Part shown: piece by piece, positions 1-10,225 of the stretch
Layout: every line of letters begins with the position of its first letter
Position numbering within the stretch: position 1 is the first letter of the stretch
Assembly (NCBI GenBank): GCA_033763575.1
Contig: JANRKF010000006.1
Coordinates: 16,166-80,165 of the forward strand
From: Alphaproteobacteria bacterium
GTDB taxonomy: Bacteria > Pseudomonadota > Alphaproteobacteria > Rickettsiales > SXRF01
DNA length: 64,000 bases
Direction of reading: 5' to 3'
Made by a program: the position numbers and the translations under genes
The notes under the pieces: model-generated
The model's input: only the letters and a program-made list of their open reading frames with translations
What the model was told of the DNA's origin: nothing
The model's database searches: none

Positions 1-510
1 CCCACCCAGGCGCTGCTCGACGCGCTGGCCATTCTCCAGCATCGTGGCAAGATCGAAGGGCTCACGGTGGCGATTTGCGGCGATATACTGCACAGCCGGG
101 TGGCACGCTCCAATATCAAGCTGCTAAAGTTGCTGGGTGCGAAGGTGCGCATCATCGCTCCGCGCACGCTGATGCCTGCGGCGCCGGAATCATTCGGTGT
201 GGAAATTTATCATGACATGCGCAAAGGCTTGCAGGGTGTGGATATCATCATGATGCTCAGGTTGCAGCTGGAGCGGATGGACAGCAATTTTGTGCCTTCG
301 GTGCGCGAATATTTCCATTTTTACGGGCTGGATCATGAAAAACTTTCTTATGCCAAGCCGGATGCGCTGGTGATGCATCCCGGCCCCATCAACCGCGGGG
401 TCGAGATCGACACGCAGCTTGCCGATGATATTGACCGCAGCATCATCCTCGATCAGGTGGAGATGGGTGTGGCGGTGCGGCAGGCGGCGCTGGAGATATT
501 GGCCCGGTGA
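1..510 (+). CDS. pyrB: aspartate carbamoyltransferase catalytic subunit, C-terminal part (5' end outside window)
   Basis: Frame 1 is open from base 1. The translation (..[42 protein letters not shown]..) matches the ATCase C-terminal domain. pyrC lies nearby. Confidence 0.9.
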   Translation, partial: PTQALLDALAILQHRGKIEGLTVAICGDILHSRVARSNIKLLKLLGAKVRIIAPRTLMPAAPESFGVEIYHDMRKGLQGVDIIMMLRLQLERMDSNFVPSVREYFHFYGLDHEKLSYAKPDALVMHPGPINRGVEIDTQLADDIDRSIILDQVEMGVAVRQAALEILAR

Positions 511-1952
511 GGCGGGTGCAGCAACTCCTCGGCGTGCTCTGCACGCTCGGCGCCGCGTGGTATATTCTTTGTTTTGTTGCGGTGGCACTGCTTTCCATGA
601 ATTATCCCTACTTCCTCGAATGGATGGAGGGGCATGTCATGGACATCGTCATGCGGGTGCGCGAGGGCTTGCCCATCTATGTGCCGCCGAGCATCGATTA
701 CATTCCCTTCATTTATCCGCCCCTTTATTATTATGTGTCGGCGCTGTTCAGCCTGCTGTTCGGGCCGGATTTCTTCGCAGCACGGCTGGTGTCGTTTTTG
801 TCGATTATGGGTGTGGGTGCGCTGCTGTTCGCCTGGGTGCGAAAGGAGGGAGGCGATAAGAAAACCGCGCTTATCGGCACGGGATTGTTCTTTGCGACCT
901 ATGAGTTTAGCTCGCGCTGGTTTGATGTTGCGCGTATCGACAGCCTCTATTTATTGCTGACGATGGCGGCGCTTTTCTGTCTGGTGCACGGTAAGGGCAC
1001 GGCCTCGGCCTGCTGGGCGGGGGGGCTGTGCACACTGGCCTTTTATACCAAGCAAAACGCAGCGCTAGTCGTGGCGCCGCTGCTGCTGTTGTTGCTTTGG
1101 GAACAGCGCGGGCGGGCGCTGCACACGATTGCGATTTTCGCTGTCACCAGCTTTGCCGTTTACTGGATGTATAACACAGCAAACGAAGGCTGGTTCAAAT
1201 ATTACCTGTTTGAGTTGCCAGCCTCGCACCGCGTCGACCGGAATTTTATTCTCGGCTTCTGGCGCGACGATCTTCTCAAGCCGCTCTGGCCGCTATTGCT
1301 GCTTGCGGCCATCGGGATCATAGACATTTGGAGAAGCGACCGCGTGCGCGCCCTGCGCTATCTTGCGCTTGCCGCCGGGATGGTCGGTGCCGCCTATTCC
1401 GGGCGCCTGCATCGCTATGGCTGGTCGAATGTGTTGATGCCGGCTCATCTGATGCTGGCTCTGGCCGCCGCGCTTACCCTGATGCATTGGAAATATAAAT
1501 GGATCGCGCAGCTGCTGGTCATCGTACAATTCGGCCTGCTTTACTATCCTCCGGCGCGCAATATTCCCGGTGATGAAGCCCGCGCCCAGGGCGATGCCTT
1601 TATCGACCGTATTGCGCAGATTGAAGGTGAGGTGTTGATGCCGGAGATCCAGTTCATACAGCGTCACGCGGGCAAGGAATCATTTGCCTATGGCGTGGCG
1701 GCGGTGGATGTGCTGCAATCACGTGATCCCGGACATTACCAATTCCGCCGCGAGCTGCGTAAGGAAATGGCCGACGCGATTGCCCAGCAGCGCTATGGGG
1801 CGATCATCACTTCGCGGCTGATTCGTCTTCCTGGTCTCGATCAATATTATGTGATGAAGGAATATATTGATTTCCCACAGAAATTCGTTTCGGGCTATGT
1901 TTCAGGCCGCCCCTATCGCATTTATGTGCCGCGTGATAACGTTCCCCGATGA
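507..1952 (+). CDS. polytopic membrane protein, GT-C fold (ArnT/PMT-like) glycosyltransferase candidate
   Basis: 481 aa with many hydrophobic segments. The N-terminal loop/TM pattern ([33 protein letters not shown]) resembles COG1807-type glycosyltransferases. The GTG start overlaps the pyrB stop (GTGA). Confidence 0.45.
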   Translation: MRRVQQLLGVLCTLGAAWYILCFVAVALLSMNYPYFLEWMEGHVMDIVMRVREGLPIYVPPSIDYIPFIYPPLYYYVSALFSLLFGPDFFAARLVSFLSIMGVGALLFAWVRKEGGDKKTALIGTGLFFATYEFSSRWFDVARIDSLYLLLTMAALFCLVHGKGTASACWAGGLCTLAFYTKQNAALVVAPLLLLLLWEQRGRALHTIAIFAVTSFAVYWMYNTANEGWFKYYLFELPASHRVDRNFILGFWRDDLLKPLWPLLLLAAIGIIDIWRSDRVRALRYLALAAGMVGAAYSGRLHRYGWSNVLMPAHLMLALAAALTLMHWKYKWIAQLLVIVQFGLLYYPPARNIPGDEARAQGDAFIDRIAQIEGEVLMPEIQFIQRHAGKESFAYGVAAVDVLQSRDPGHYQFRRELRKEMADAIAQQRYGAIITSRLIRLPGLDQYYVMKEYIDFPQKFVSGYVSGRPYRIYVPRDNVPR

Positions 1953-1987
1953 TTTTCCAATTTACCTAACGTTCAACCTAGCTTAAG

Positions 1988-3322
1988 TTGCATTCCATGA
2001 AACAGAACTTCACCCTCCCCACCCACAACCACACCAAAAAAGTAGCCTATACCAATGCGCGGCTGTTTGACGCGGAATCGGGGCTGGATGCGCCCGGCGG
2101 GCTGCTTTCCATCGGCAGCGAGATTGCTGATTTCGGCCCGGCGGTTTTTAACGGCGGCATTCCCGAAGGCGCGGAGGTGGTTGATTGCGGTGGACACCTG
2201 CTTTCGCCGGGGCTGCTCGACATCCAGGTGCATTTCCGCGAGCCGGGGCAGGAACATAAGGAAACCATCGCGACCGGTTCCAAATCGGCGGCGGCAGGCG
2301 GTGTGACGACGGTCGCCTGTATGCCAAACACCAAGCCGGTGGTCGATGATGTGCCGATTGTCGATTTCATCCACAAGCGTGCCCGCGAGACGGCCTATGT
2401 CAATGTTCGCACCTACGCCGCCATTTCCAAGGCGATGAAGGGCGAGGAAATCACCGAGATGGGCCTGCTGGTGGAAGCCGGCGCGGTCGGTTTCACCGAT
2501 GACGGATTGCCGGTGATGAATGCCGGGGTGATGAGAAAAGCGCTCACCTATGCCCGCGAGCTGGGGGTGCCGGTGGCGCAACATGCCGAGGATTTAAACC
2601 TCTCCTGCGGCAGTTGCATGAATGAAGGGCGCGTCTCCGCTCATCTCGGCGTGGGCGGTGCGCCAAACGCGGCAGAAGCGGTGATGGTTGCGCGGGATAT
2701 CATGCTCGCGGAACTGACCGGCGGGCAATATCATGTGCTGCATATTTCCACGGCGGAGGCGATCGAAGAAGTGCGCCGCGCCAAGAAAAAAGGATTGCGG
2801 GTGACGGCGGAGGCCGCCCCCCACCATTTCACGCTGACCGACGAGGCTGTGCTGGAATACCGCACTTTCAGCAAGATGAATCCGCCGCTGCGGGCGGAAA
2901 AAGACCGGCTGGCGGTGATAGAGGGTCTTGCCGACGGCACCATCGACGCCATCGCCACCGATCATGCCCCGCATGACCAGGAAAGCAAGCGTGTGCCGCT
3001 GGCATCGGCGGCCTATGGTATTGTCGGGCTGGAGACCATGCTGCCGCTCTCGCTTGGTTTATATCACAAAGGCATCATGAGCCTGCGCGATGTGATGGCG
3101 GCGATGACCTATAAACCCGCCGACATTATCCACCTGTCGTCTGGCCGCCTGAAGAAGGGCGCCCGCGCCGACCTCACCCTCATCAACCTCGATATGGACT
3201 GGGTGATGGATCCGAAGCAGTTCGTGAGCAAGTCGCTCAATTCACCGTTCGATGACTGGAAAACCAAGGGCCGCGCCATCCGCACCGTGGTCGGCGGTGA
3301 AACGGTGTATGTGTTTGAATGA
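1988..3322 (+). CDS. pyrC: dihydroorotase (long, allantoinase-like type)
   Basis: 444 aa with the motifs DIQVHFREPG, AAAGGVTTV.MPNT, HISTAEA and ATDHAPH, typical of class I dihydroorotase. A later ATG start at 1997 is possible. Confidence 0.9.
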   Translation: MHSMKQNFTLPTHNHTKKVAYTNARLFDAESGLDAPGGLLSIGSEIADFGPAVFNGGIPEGAEVVDCGGHLLSPGLLDIQVHFREPGQEHKETIATGSKSAAAGGVTTVACMPNTKPVVDDVPIVDFIHKRARETAYVNVRTYAAISKAMKGEEITEMGLLVEAGAVGFTDDGLPVMNAGVMRKALTYARELGVPVAQHAEDLNLSCGSCMNEGRVSAHLGVGGAPNAAEAVMVARDIMLAELTGGQYHVLHISTAEAIEEVRRAKKKGLRVTAEAAPHHFTLTDEAVLEYRTFSKMNPPLRAEKDRLAVIEGLADGTIDAIATDHAPHDQESKRVPLASAAYGIVGLETMLPLSLGLYHKGIMSLRDVMAAMTYKPADIIHLSSGRLKKGARADLTLINLDMDWVMDPKQFVSKSLNSPFDDWKTKGRAIRTVVGGETVYVFE

Positions 3323-3717
3323 GTGTGCATTCTTTCTCCGTTCGCGTTTATTATGAGGATACCGATGCCGGCGGGCGGGTGTATTACTCCAATTATTTGA
3401 ACTATGCCGAGCGGGCGCGCACCGAGATTTTACGAACACTTGGCATCGAGCAGATGGAGCTGTTGCGCGATCACGGCACCGGGTTTGTGGTGCGCAAATG
3501 TGCGATCGAATATTTCAAGCCCGCCATGCTCGATGACCTCTTGACAATCGAGACCACTGTCGACGATATAACCAAGGCGACGGTTGCGATGCAGCAGCGG
3601 ATTAAAAAAGACGGTGAAACGCTGGTGACGGTGGATGTCAAACTGGCGGTGATAAAGGCACAAGATGGTCGCGTGGCGCGCATGCCGGAGCATGTATTCG
3701 CCGCGCTTACACAATAA
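3319..3717 (+). CDS. ybgC: tol-pal-associated acyl-CoA thioesterase (4HBT/YbgC family)
   Basis: 132 aa with an N-terminus (VRVYYEDTDAGGRVYYSNYLNY.ERAR) typical of hotdog-fold YbgC. It sits directly upstream of tolQ and overlaps pyrC by ATGA. Confidence 0.85.
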   Translation: MSVHSFSVRVYYEDTDAGGRVYYSNYLNYAERARTEILRTLGIEQMELLRDHGTGFVVRKCAIEYFKPAMLDDLLTIETTVDDITKATVAMQQRIKKDGETLVTVDVKLAVIKAQDGRVARMPEHVFAALTQ

Positions 3718-3730
3718 AAAAAGGAGCGTT

Positions 3731-4498
3731 ATGAGTGATACTGTTTCAACGGCTGTACAAGGTGTAGACAGCACGGCACTGGAAGGCACGGCCACGGCGG
3801 TCGCGCACCATTTCTCGATGCTCGGCATGTTTTTGCAGGCCGACTGGGTTGTGAAGCTGGTGATGATCGGGCTGCTCATGGCGTCGTTCTGGTGCTGGGC
3901 AATTATTTTTGAGAAATACACGCTGTTCCGCCGCATCAAAGATAAGGCACAGCGTTTTGAAAGTGAGTTCTGGTCGTCGGAGGCGCTCGACAAGTTTTAT
4001 GAAAAAACCAAAAAGCGCGCCAATCACCCGATGGCGGTGATGTTCGTGGCGGCGATGGAGGAATGGTTCCGTTCCAAAAACAGCAATAATGCGGCAGGCA
4101 GCAGCATGCTGGCGCCGCAGGGTTTCCGCATTTCGCTCAAGGAGCGCATCGTGCAGGTGATGCTGGTGGCGCGTAACCGCGAGATAGAAAACCTGGAGCG
4201 CGGGCTGGGCTTCCTTGCCACCACCGGTTCGTCGGCGCCGTTTATCGGCCTGTTCGGCACGGTGTGGGGCATCATGAACAGCTTCCACGCGATTGCCGCG
4301 AGCAAGAACACCTCGCTGGTGGCGGTCGCGCCGGGCATTGCCGAGGCGTTGTTTGCGACCGCTATTGGCCTTTTTGCGGCCATCCCGGCGGTGATCGCCT
4401 ATAATAAATTCAATGCCGAGGTGACCCGCTACTCCAACAAGCTCGACGATTTCTCCACCGAGTTCGACACGATTCTTTCCCGCCAGCTGGAGTCATAA
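3731..4498 (+). CDS. tolQ: Tol-Pal system protein TolQ (MotA/TolQ/ExbB channel family)
   Basis: ATG at 3731 is preceded by AAGGAG. It has three TM segments and the conserved C-terminal stretch [13 protein letters not shown]....[24 protein letters not shown]. The ORF-track start at 3665 overlaps ybgC and is unlikely. Confidence 0.9.
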   Translation: MSDTVSTAVQGVDSTALEGTATAVAHHFSMLGMFLQADWVVKLVMIGLLMASFWCWAIIFEKYTLFRRIKDKAQRFESEFWSSEALDKFYEKTKKRANHPMAVMFVAAMEEWFRSKNSNNAAGSSMLAPQGFRISLKERIVQVMLVARNREIENLERGLGFLATTGSSAPFIGLFGTVWGIMNSFHAIAASKNTSLVAVAPGIAEALFATAIGLFAAIPAVIAYNKFNAEVTRYSNKLDDFSTEFDTILSRQLES

Positions 4499-4500
4499 TC

Positions 4501-4962
4501 ATGGCAATGAATACGGGCTCAGGCGGCGGTTCACAGCGGGGAAGGCGACGCAGCAACCGCCAGTCGGCATTTTCTGAAATCAACATCACCCCGATGGTGG
4601 ATGTGATGCTGGTGCTGCTGGTGATCTTCATGGTGGCCGCACCGATGATGACCACGGGCGTCACCGTCGATCTTCCCAAAACCAATGCGAGCCCGATCGC
4701 CGGGCAGGACGAGCCGCTCACGGTCAGCGTGCGGCCGGACGGTTCCGTTTTCCTGCAAAAAACCCGCATCAGTCTCAATGACATCAAGACCAAGCTGAAC
4801 GCCATCGCCGGGCAGAAAAAAGACACGCGGATTTTTGTGCGCGGCGATAAGAGCGTCGATTACGGGCGCATTATGCAGGTGGTCGGCGAAATCAATGCGG
4901 CGGGGTTCACCAAAGTGGCGCTGGTGACGGAAACAGGCGCTGACAGCCCGCAAAGGAAATAA
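4501..4962 (+). CDS. tolR: Tol-Pal system protein TolR (ExbD/TolR family)
   Basis: 153 aa with EINITPMVDVMLVLLVIFMV, the canonical TolR/ExbD TM helix with its Asp. It follows tolQ. Confidence 0.9.
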   Translation: MAMNTGSGGGSQRGRRRSNRQSAFSEINITPMVDVMLVLLVIFMVAAPMMTTGVTVDLPKTNASPIAGQDEPLTVSVRPDGSVFLQKTRISLNDIKTKLNAIAGQKKDTRIFVRGDKSVDYGRIMQVVGEINAAGFTKVALVTETGADSPQRK

Positions 4963-4965
4963 AGG

Positions 4966-5793
4966 ATGCAGCAGGAGCATCGCAAAGGGCTGACTTACTC
5001 GGCGGCGCTGCACCTGCTGATTTTGTTTTTTGTCATCTTCGGGCTGCCGTCGTTTCTGGAGCCGGAGATACCGCCGCAACCGATGGTGATTGCGGTCGAT
5101 ATTCTCCCGATATCCGAAATGACCAATGTGAAGAATTCCGATTTGCCACTGGCCAAGGAAGAAAAGCCGGTGGAAAAACAGGAAGAAAAAGTGCCGACGC
5201 CGCCGGTAAAAAGCGAAGCACCGCCACCACCTCCGCCACCTCCACCGAAGAAGGAAGAAAAACCGGAGCCTAAAAAAGAAGAAAAAAAGCCGGAACCGAA
5301 AAAAGAGGAAAAACCGAAAAAGGCCAAGGAAGAAGACCTGGAGGCGGTGCTAAAGGCGCTCCGTGAAGATGCCAAGAAAGACCAGGCCAAGGCGGAAGTG
5401 AAGGAAAAAAAGGCGAAGGAGGAGGCCGGAACCAAGGTAAAAGCCAAGGACGCGCCATATGATCCGGGCCTGCCGCTCTCGATCAGCGAGATGGACGCCA
5501 TCCGAAGCCAGATTGCCAAATGCTGGAGTGTGCCGGCAGGCGCGAAGGACGCGCATGAGTTGCGGGTGACGGTGCGGGTGCAGTTGCAGCAGGACGGTAC
5601 GGTGATGCTGGTGGAGCTGGCGGATGATAGCGTCGGGCGTTATGCTTCCGGCGACAGCTTCTTCCGCGCCGCTGCCGACAGCGCGTTGCGTGCGGTGCGC
5701 CAGTGCAGCCCGCTTAAGAACCTGCCGCCGGAGAAATATCAGACCTGGAAGGACATCATCATGACCTTCGATCCGAAGGAAATGTTATTCTAG
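4966..5793 (+). CDS. tolA: TolA-like protein (N-terminal TM anchor, Pro/Lys/Glu-rich spacer, TonB/TolA C-terminal domain)
   Basis: Its position is between tolR and tolB. It has a single N-terminal TM, a PPPPPPPPPKKEEKPEPKKEEKKPEPKK low-complexity spacer and a C-terminal globular domain. Confidence 0.8.
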   Translation: MQQEHRKGLTYSAALHLLILFFVIFGLPSFLEPEIPPQPMVIAVDILPISEMTNVKNSDLPLAKEEKPVEKQEEKVPTPPVKSEAPPPPPPPPPKKEEKPEPKKEEKKPEPKKEEKPKKAKEEDLEAVLKALREDAKKDQAKAEVKEKKAKEEAGTKVKAKDAPYDPGLPLSISEMDAIRSQIAKCWSVPAGAKDAHELRVTVRVQLQQDGTVMLVELADDSVGRYASGDSFFRAAADSALRAVRQCSPLKNLPPEKYQTWKDIIMTFDPKEMLF

Positions 5794-5856
5794 TTCCGCA
5801 TTGACATTTCGTGCCAAAAAGCTAGTCATTTTACCTCATCCTGTTGGGAGAAAACC

Positions 5857-7167
5857 ATGTCCGCTTTCCGCCTTGTGGCTTCCGTATTTCTTGCATTTAT
5901 TCTTAGCGCCGCGCCCGCGCAGGCATTGCTGAGAATCGACATTACCAAAGGCAATGTCGAGCCGTTGCCGATTGCGCTGCCGGAATTGGCAGGCGGACAG
6001 GTGGGGCGCGATATTATGGAAGTGGTCGCGGCGGATCTGGAGCGCTCCGGGCTGTTCAAGGTTATTCCGCAGGCGGCGTATATTGAGCAGGTGACGGCGG
6101 CAACCACCGTGCCGCGCTATGCAGACTGGCGGCAGATCGAGGCGGCGGGGCTGGTGACCGGCAGCGTGGTCGATACCGGCGGCGGGCGGCTCAAAGTGGC
6201 GTTCCGCCTGTTCGACGTGTTTGCCGAGGAGCAGATTGCGGGCAAGGAATATAACACCTTCACCACCAACTGGCGGCGCATCGCCCATATCATGGCGGAT
6301 GAGATTTACAAGCGCATCACGGGTGAATCGGGTTACTTCGATTCGCGTGTGGTGTATGTGGCCGAGAGCGGTTCGGCGCTTAAGCGCGTCAAGCGCCTGG
6401 CGATCATGGACCAGGACGGCGCGAACCATAAATTCCTCACCGACGGGCGCTATCTGGTGCTCACGCCGCGTTTCTCGCCGAACTCGCAGGAGATTCTTTA
6501 TATGTCCTATGCGGGCAAGCAGCCACGCGTGTTCCTGCGTGATTTGCAGACGGGCCGCGAGGAATCGCTGGGCGCGTTTGAGGGGATGTCGTTTGCGCCG
6601 CGCTTTTCAAATGATGGCCGGTCGATCGTGATGTCGATCGCGCAGGGTGGCAGCACCAATATTTACCGCATGGATTTGTCGACGCGGCGCATGTCAAAGC
6701 TCACCAGCGGCAATGTTATCGACACCTCGCCGAGCTTCGCGCCGGACGGCACGCAGATCGTCTTCAACTCCGACCGCGGCGGCTCGCAGCAGCTTTATAC
6801 CATGAGCGCAAGCGGCGGCGATATCAAGCGCATCAGCTTTGGCGATGGCCGTTACGGCACGCCGGTCTGGTCGCCACGCGGCGACCTGATCGCCTTTACC
6901 AAAATGAGCGGCGGACGGTTCTTCATCGGGGTGATGCGCCCGGACGGTTCGGGCGAGCGAGTGCTCACCGAGAGCTATTTGGATGAAGGTCCAAGCTGGT
7001 CGCCGAATGGCCGGGTGATTATTTTCAACCGCCAATGGCCTTCTTCGGGCGGTGCGGCGGGGCGGTCACGGCTCTATTCGGTGGATCTGACCGGCTATAA
7101 CCTCCGCGAAGTGACGACGCCGATTGACTCATCCGATCCGGCGTGGTCGCCGCTGCTACCTTTATAA
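5857..7167 (+). CDS. tolB: Tol-Pal system beta-propeller protein TolB
   Basis: 436 aa with signal peptide ..SAAPAQA and repeated P.FSP.G..I.F...R.G...LY propeller blades ([57 protein letters not shown]). Confidence 0.92.
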   Translation: MSAFRLVASVFLAFILSAAPAQALLRIDITKGNVEPLPIALPELAGGQVGRDIMEVVAADLERSGLFKVIPQAAYIEQVTAATTVPRYADWRQIEAAGLVTGSVVDTGGGRLKVAFRLFDVFAEEQIAGKEYNTFTTNWRRIAHIMADEIYKRITGESGYFDSRVVYVAESGSALKRVKRLAIMDQDGANHKFLTDGRYLVLTPRFSPNSQEILYMSYAGKQPRVFLRDLQTGREESLGAFEGMSFAPRFSNDGRSIVMSIAQGGSTNIYRMDLSTRRMSKLTSGNVIDTSPSFAPDGTQIVFNSDRGGSQQLYTMSASGGDIKRISFGDGRYGTPVWSPRGDLIAFTKMSGGRFFIGVMRPDGSGERVLTESYLDEGPSWSPNGRVIIFNRQWPSSGGAAGRSRLYSVDLTGYNLREVTTPIDSSDPAWSPLLPL

Positions 7168-7170
7168 GGG

Positions 7171-8964
7171 CTAATCCGCAAACCGCAGGCGCGTGCCGGG
7201 CAGGGTAATGGTCAGCTGTTCACTGGTGATGCTCATGCTGCCCTGATGAAGCTCGGCGAGGCGTTTAATCAGTTCAAGATGGGTGCTGAAGGTTCCTTCT
7301 TCCGCAGGAATGGCCGGGATGGTGACAGATATTTCGACATTCTGGCGGTCTTTCTTTTCCATCACGGTTTTGACGGCGATGGTTACGGTGCAGGCGGAAA
7401 GCCCTTGCTCGATGGCGTAGAGCAGCGCGTTGCTGATGAGCTGCTGGATGCGGAACTCGTCGGCGAAGAACAGCAGCGCCGGGTTCTCAAATTCGGTTTT
7501 GACAAGAATATCGGCGGTTCTCAGCGGATCGCCCAGCGATTCGACAGCGTGGGTGATGGTGGCGGGGAGTTCAATGGTCGATTCGCGAAGCACGGCATAA
7601 TGCGCCTCGATTTTGGCCAGTTCCAGCACATAGTCGAGCTGTGAAATCAGGTGGCTGCAGCTGGCATAGATGTCGCTGGCATATTGCCGGTATTTCTTAT
7701 TTTCGATGGGGCCGTAAATCTGGTCTTTCATCACCTGCGCGCAGCCCATGGCGCTGTTTACCGGTGCGCGCATCTCCTGGCAGATGAAGGCGAGGAATTC
7801 GGCTTTGCTGTGTTTGGACACTTCCATTTCCTTGGCCTGGCGGCGCAGCATGAACATCTTGTTACGCAGCTCGTCATCAACGCGTTTATGCTCCTCGATA
7901 TATTCGCGCACACGGCTTACCTGCGTGGCCAGCGCGCCGATTTCAATCGGGCCGACCGTGGGAAGGCGCACATCGGTGTTGCCACGAGCAACCTGCGCGA
8001 TGGCTTCGGTCACCTGCATTATCGGGCGGATCATGCGGTTGCGGACGACTATCAGGAACAATATAAAGAACGCCGCGATCACCAGCATCTGCAGCAGGCG
8101 CGACCATAACATGTTGCGCACGGCATCGTCCTGATAGTGGTTATCATAGCCCATCAGGATGATGTAGGGGTAATCGTTCGACACTGCGTAATAATTATAA
8201 TTTCCGGTGCCGAGGAACATGCTGCCCTGCGAGAGCAGGCCGCTCGGGTTTTTGACATAATCGATATTCACCAGCGTTTGCGCCGGGAAATTCTTGTCGA
8301 GGAAATCTTTGTCTTCGCTCACCTGCGTAAGCGGTATCAGCGTTTTGCTGATGATGGCGAAGCTGATGCCGTCGCGTTTGACCAGCGTGCTTACCCGCTC
8401 GGTGAGTTCGCTGATGTCGAGGCTGATGATGAGGGTGCCGATGAATCTGCCGGTGTAATCGGTGAGTCCCATCGCGACCGGGATAACCCAGCGGCCGGAG
8501 ACGCGGCCTTCGATCGGGCGACCGATATGCATTTTCCATGGGTCGACGAAGGCTTTCTTGACGAAGTCGCGGTCGGACACGTCGACAGGTTTATCCAGTA
8601 TGCCGCGATTGGAACTCACGATGATTTTCTGGTCGACATTGATCCAGTTGAAGACCGCATACATCTGGCCCTTGGCGTCGTAGGATTTGAGGATCTGGGC
8701 CAGTTCCACCAGGTCGCGGGCGTTATTCACCACGATCTGGCGCCCGAGCGCGGTGAGCAGGTAGTTGGCGTTTTCCATCTCGCTGCCGAGCGTCATTTCG
8801 ATGCGGTCCGCTTCGGTCTGTAGTTCGGTGGCGATGCGCTGGGTGTGGGCGGAGTAGGTGACGTAGGTGATCCACATCGACACCATAAACAACACGCAGA
8901 ATACGGCCGCGGAGAGCAGGGCAAAATCGCGGGAGAGGGAGGGCTGCGTCCAGTAATTTTTCAT
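7171..8964 (-). CDS. sensor histidine-kinase homologue (2 TM, Cache-like periplasmic domain, HAMP, degenerate DHp/CA): probable pseudokinase
   Basis: 597 aa. The H-box reads FLAFICQEMRAPVNSAMG, with Q where the phospho-His belongs. An N-box-like LISNALLYA is present, but no DxGxG or GxGxG boxes are visible in the C-terminal 90 aa. Confidence 0.7.
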   Translation of the reverse strand: MKNYWTQPSLSRDFALLSAAVFCVLFMVSMWITYVTYSAHTQRIATELQTEADRIEMTLGSEMENANYLLTALGRQIVVNNARDLVELAQILKSYDAKGQMYAVFNWINVDQKIIVSSNRGILDKPVDVSDRDFVKKAFVDPWKMHIGRPIEGRVSGRWVIPVAMGLTDYTGRFIGTLIISLDISELTERVSTLVKRDGISFAIISKTLIPLTQVSEDKDFLDKNFPAQTLVNIDYVKNPSGLLSQGSMFLGTGNYNYYAVSNDYPYIILMGYDNHYQDDAVRNMLWSRLLQMLVIAAFFILFLIVVRNRMIRPIMQVTEAIAQVARGNTDVRLPTVGPIEIGALATQVSRVREYIEEHKRVDDELRNKMFMLRRQAKEMEVSKHSKAEFLAFICQEMRAPVNSAMGCAQVMKDQIYGPIENKKYRQYASDIYASCSHLISQLDYVLELAKIEAHYAVLRESTIELPATITHAVESLGDPLRTADILVKTEFENPALLFFADEFRIQQLISNALLYAIEQGLSACTVTIAVKTVMEKKDRQNVEISVTIPAIPAEEGTFSTHLELIKRLAELHQGSMSITSEQLTITLPGTRLRFAD

Positions 8965-9042
8965 GGAGTATTTTTAGACGATAGCGGGGCCGCTGTCATC
9001 AGGGAAGTGACGCGAGTATCGCGCCGCATTCATTGCGGGGTC

Positions 9043-10116
9043 TTAAGCACCCATTTGTAACGTGCCTGCGGCTTCCGCCTGCCGGACGATGGCATCGGCA
9101 AAGCCTTCGCTTTTATCTTTTTTCGGCAAAATATCGGCAACGTGTTTTCCTGCTGGCAACACAACGCACTCGCGGTGATCGCCCGGTTTCAATTCGTCAC
9201 CGATTTCGGCAGGAATGGGCGGTGCATCATCGCCAATTTCATGAGGGGCTTTGGCTTTTTGTGCCCCATTTGTGAGTCGCATGACCAGCGCCGTAATTTT
9301 GGTGAATCCCGTATCAAGCGCTGCAAGCCCAAGCCAGCGCTGCATCCATGAGCCGGGATTGGTAAACGCTTCGCCGCCGGGCAAATGCGTAGCCGCTTTG
9401 TTGACCAGGCCAACAATTTGTTTTTCAGCCCATTCCTTGCCACCCATGTGATGGCCTTCGAATGTCAATTTCTGACTGTTGACATCGTAAGGGTTGATGC
9501 TGAAAGTTTGGTCAGGCGTCATTATTTTTTTATTCGCCAATGCATGTTCTATGATCTGGCCGGTGCCGACGACGGCAAGAGTTGCATAAATCCGTCGTTT
9601 GAAGGCGGTTAACCAACTTTGTTTTGGCTGCTCCTGCTCGATATAAATTTCGTCGGGCGTTTCTTTGTGTCCGTCCGGGGCCGTTTGGTCGACTCCCATC
9701 CAGTCGTTGAGGTTATGCACCCACCAGCGCTTATGGTCTTCCATCAGTTTCATGGGCACCAGCAACGCCCATCCACCGCTCATGAGCGATAGCGTTTCAA
9801 GGGCGGTTTTCGAGTTTTTATAAGCATTCTTGAGGGGCATTCCGGTCGCTTCTAGGGCTTTGGCAGCCTTGCCGATCGCCCAATCCAGCTTTACCCGTCC
9901 GCCTTTGTGGATCAAATAGTCTGCGATTGCGATGGAGGAAATCAGGTTAACCCAATAATTAATACCCTCATAGACGACCCAATTATATACGCGCTCCCCC
10001 TTGCTCATCTCTGGTTTGAGGGCAGGAGTGGTGGCCTGCGCCGGCGCTTTATCATCATCCATTTGTTTATTAATGATATTTTCTTCTTTTTCCACAAAAT
10101 TCCATTCGCTGCGCAC
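9043..10116 (-). CDS. hypothetical protein with hydrophobic segments
   Basis: Long 357-aa ORF with no strong competing ORF on the other strand. It is visibly AT-richer than its neighbours and I recognise no family. The start is uncertain; an internal Met is at aa 19. Confidence 0.5.
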   Translation of the reverse strand: MRSEWNFVEKEENIINKQMDDDKAPAQATTPALKPEMSKGERVYNWVVYEGINYWVNLISSIAIADYLIHKGGRVKLDWAIGKAAKALEATGMPLKNAYKNSKTALETLSLMSGGWALLVPMKLMEDHKRWWVHNLNDWMGVDQTAPDGHKETPDEIYIEQEQPKQSWLTAFKRRIYATLAVVGTGQIIEHALANKKIMTPDQTFSINPYDVNSQKLTFEGHHMGGKEWAEKQIVGLVNKAATHLPGGEAFTNPGSWMQRWLGLAALDTGFTKITALVMRLTNGAQKAKAPHEIGDDAPPIPAEIGDELKPGDHRECVVLPAGKHVADILPKKDKSEGFADAIVRQAEAAGTLQMGA

Positions 10117-10225
10117 AGTGTTCTATGGTTATTTATACCATAAAACGCGGGCAAGTTTTGTGAAGCTTTTGTGAAGAAAGGGGAAAATGGGGGGCGTTAT
10201 ATGACAATAAAGGTGTAAAACAGGC

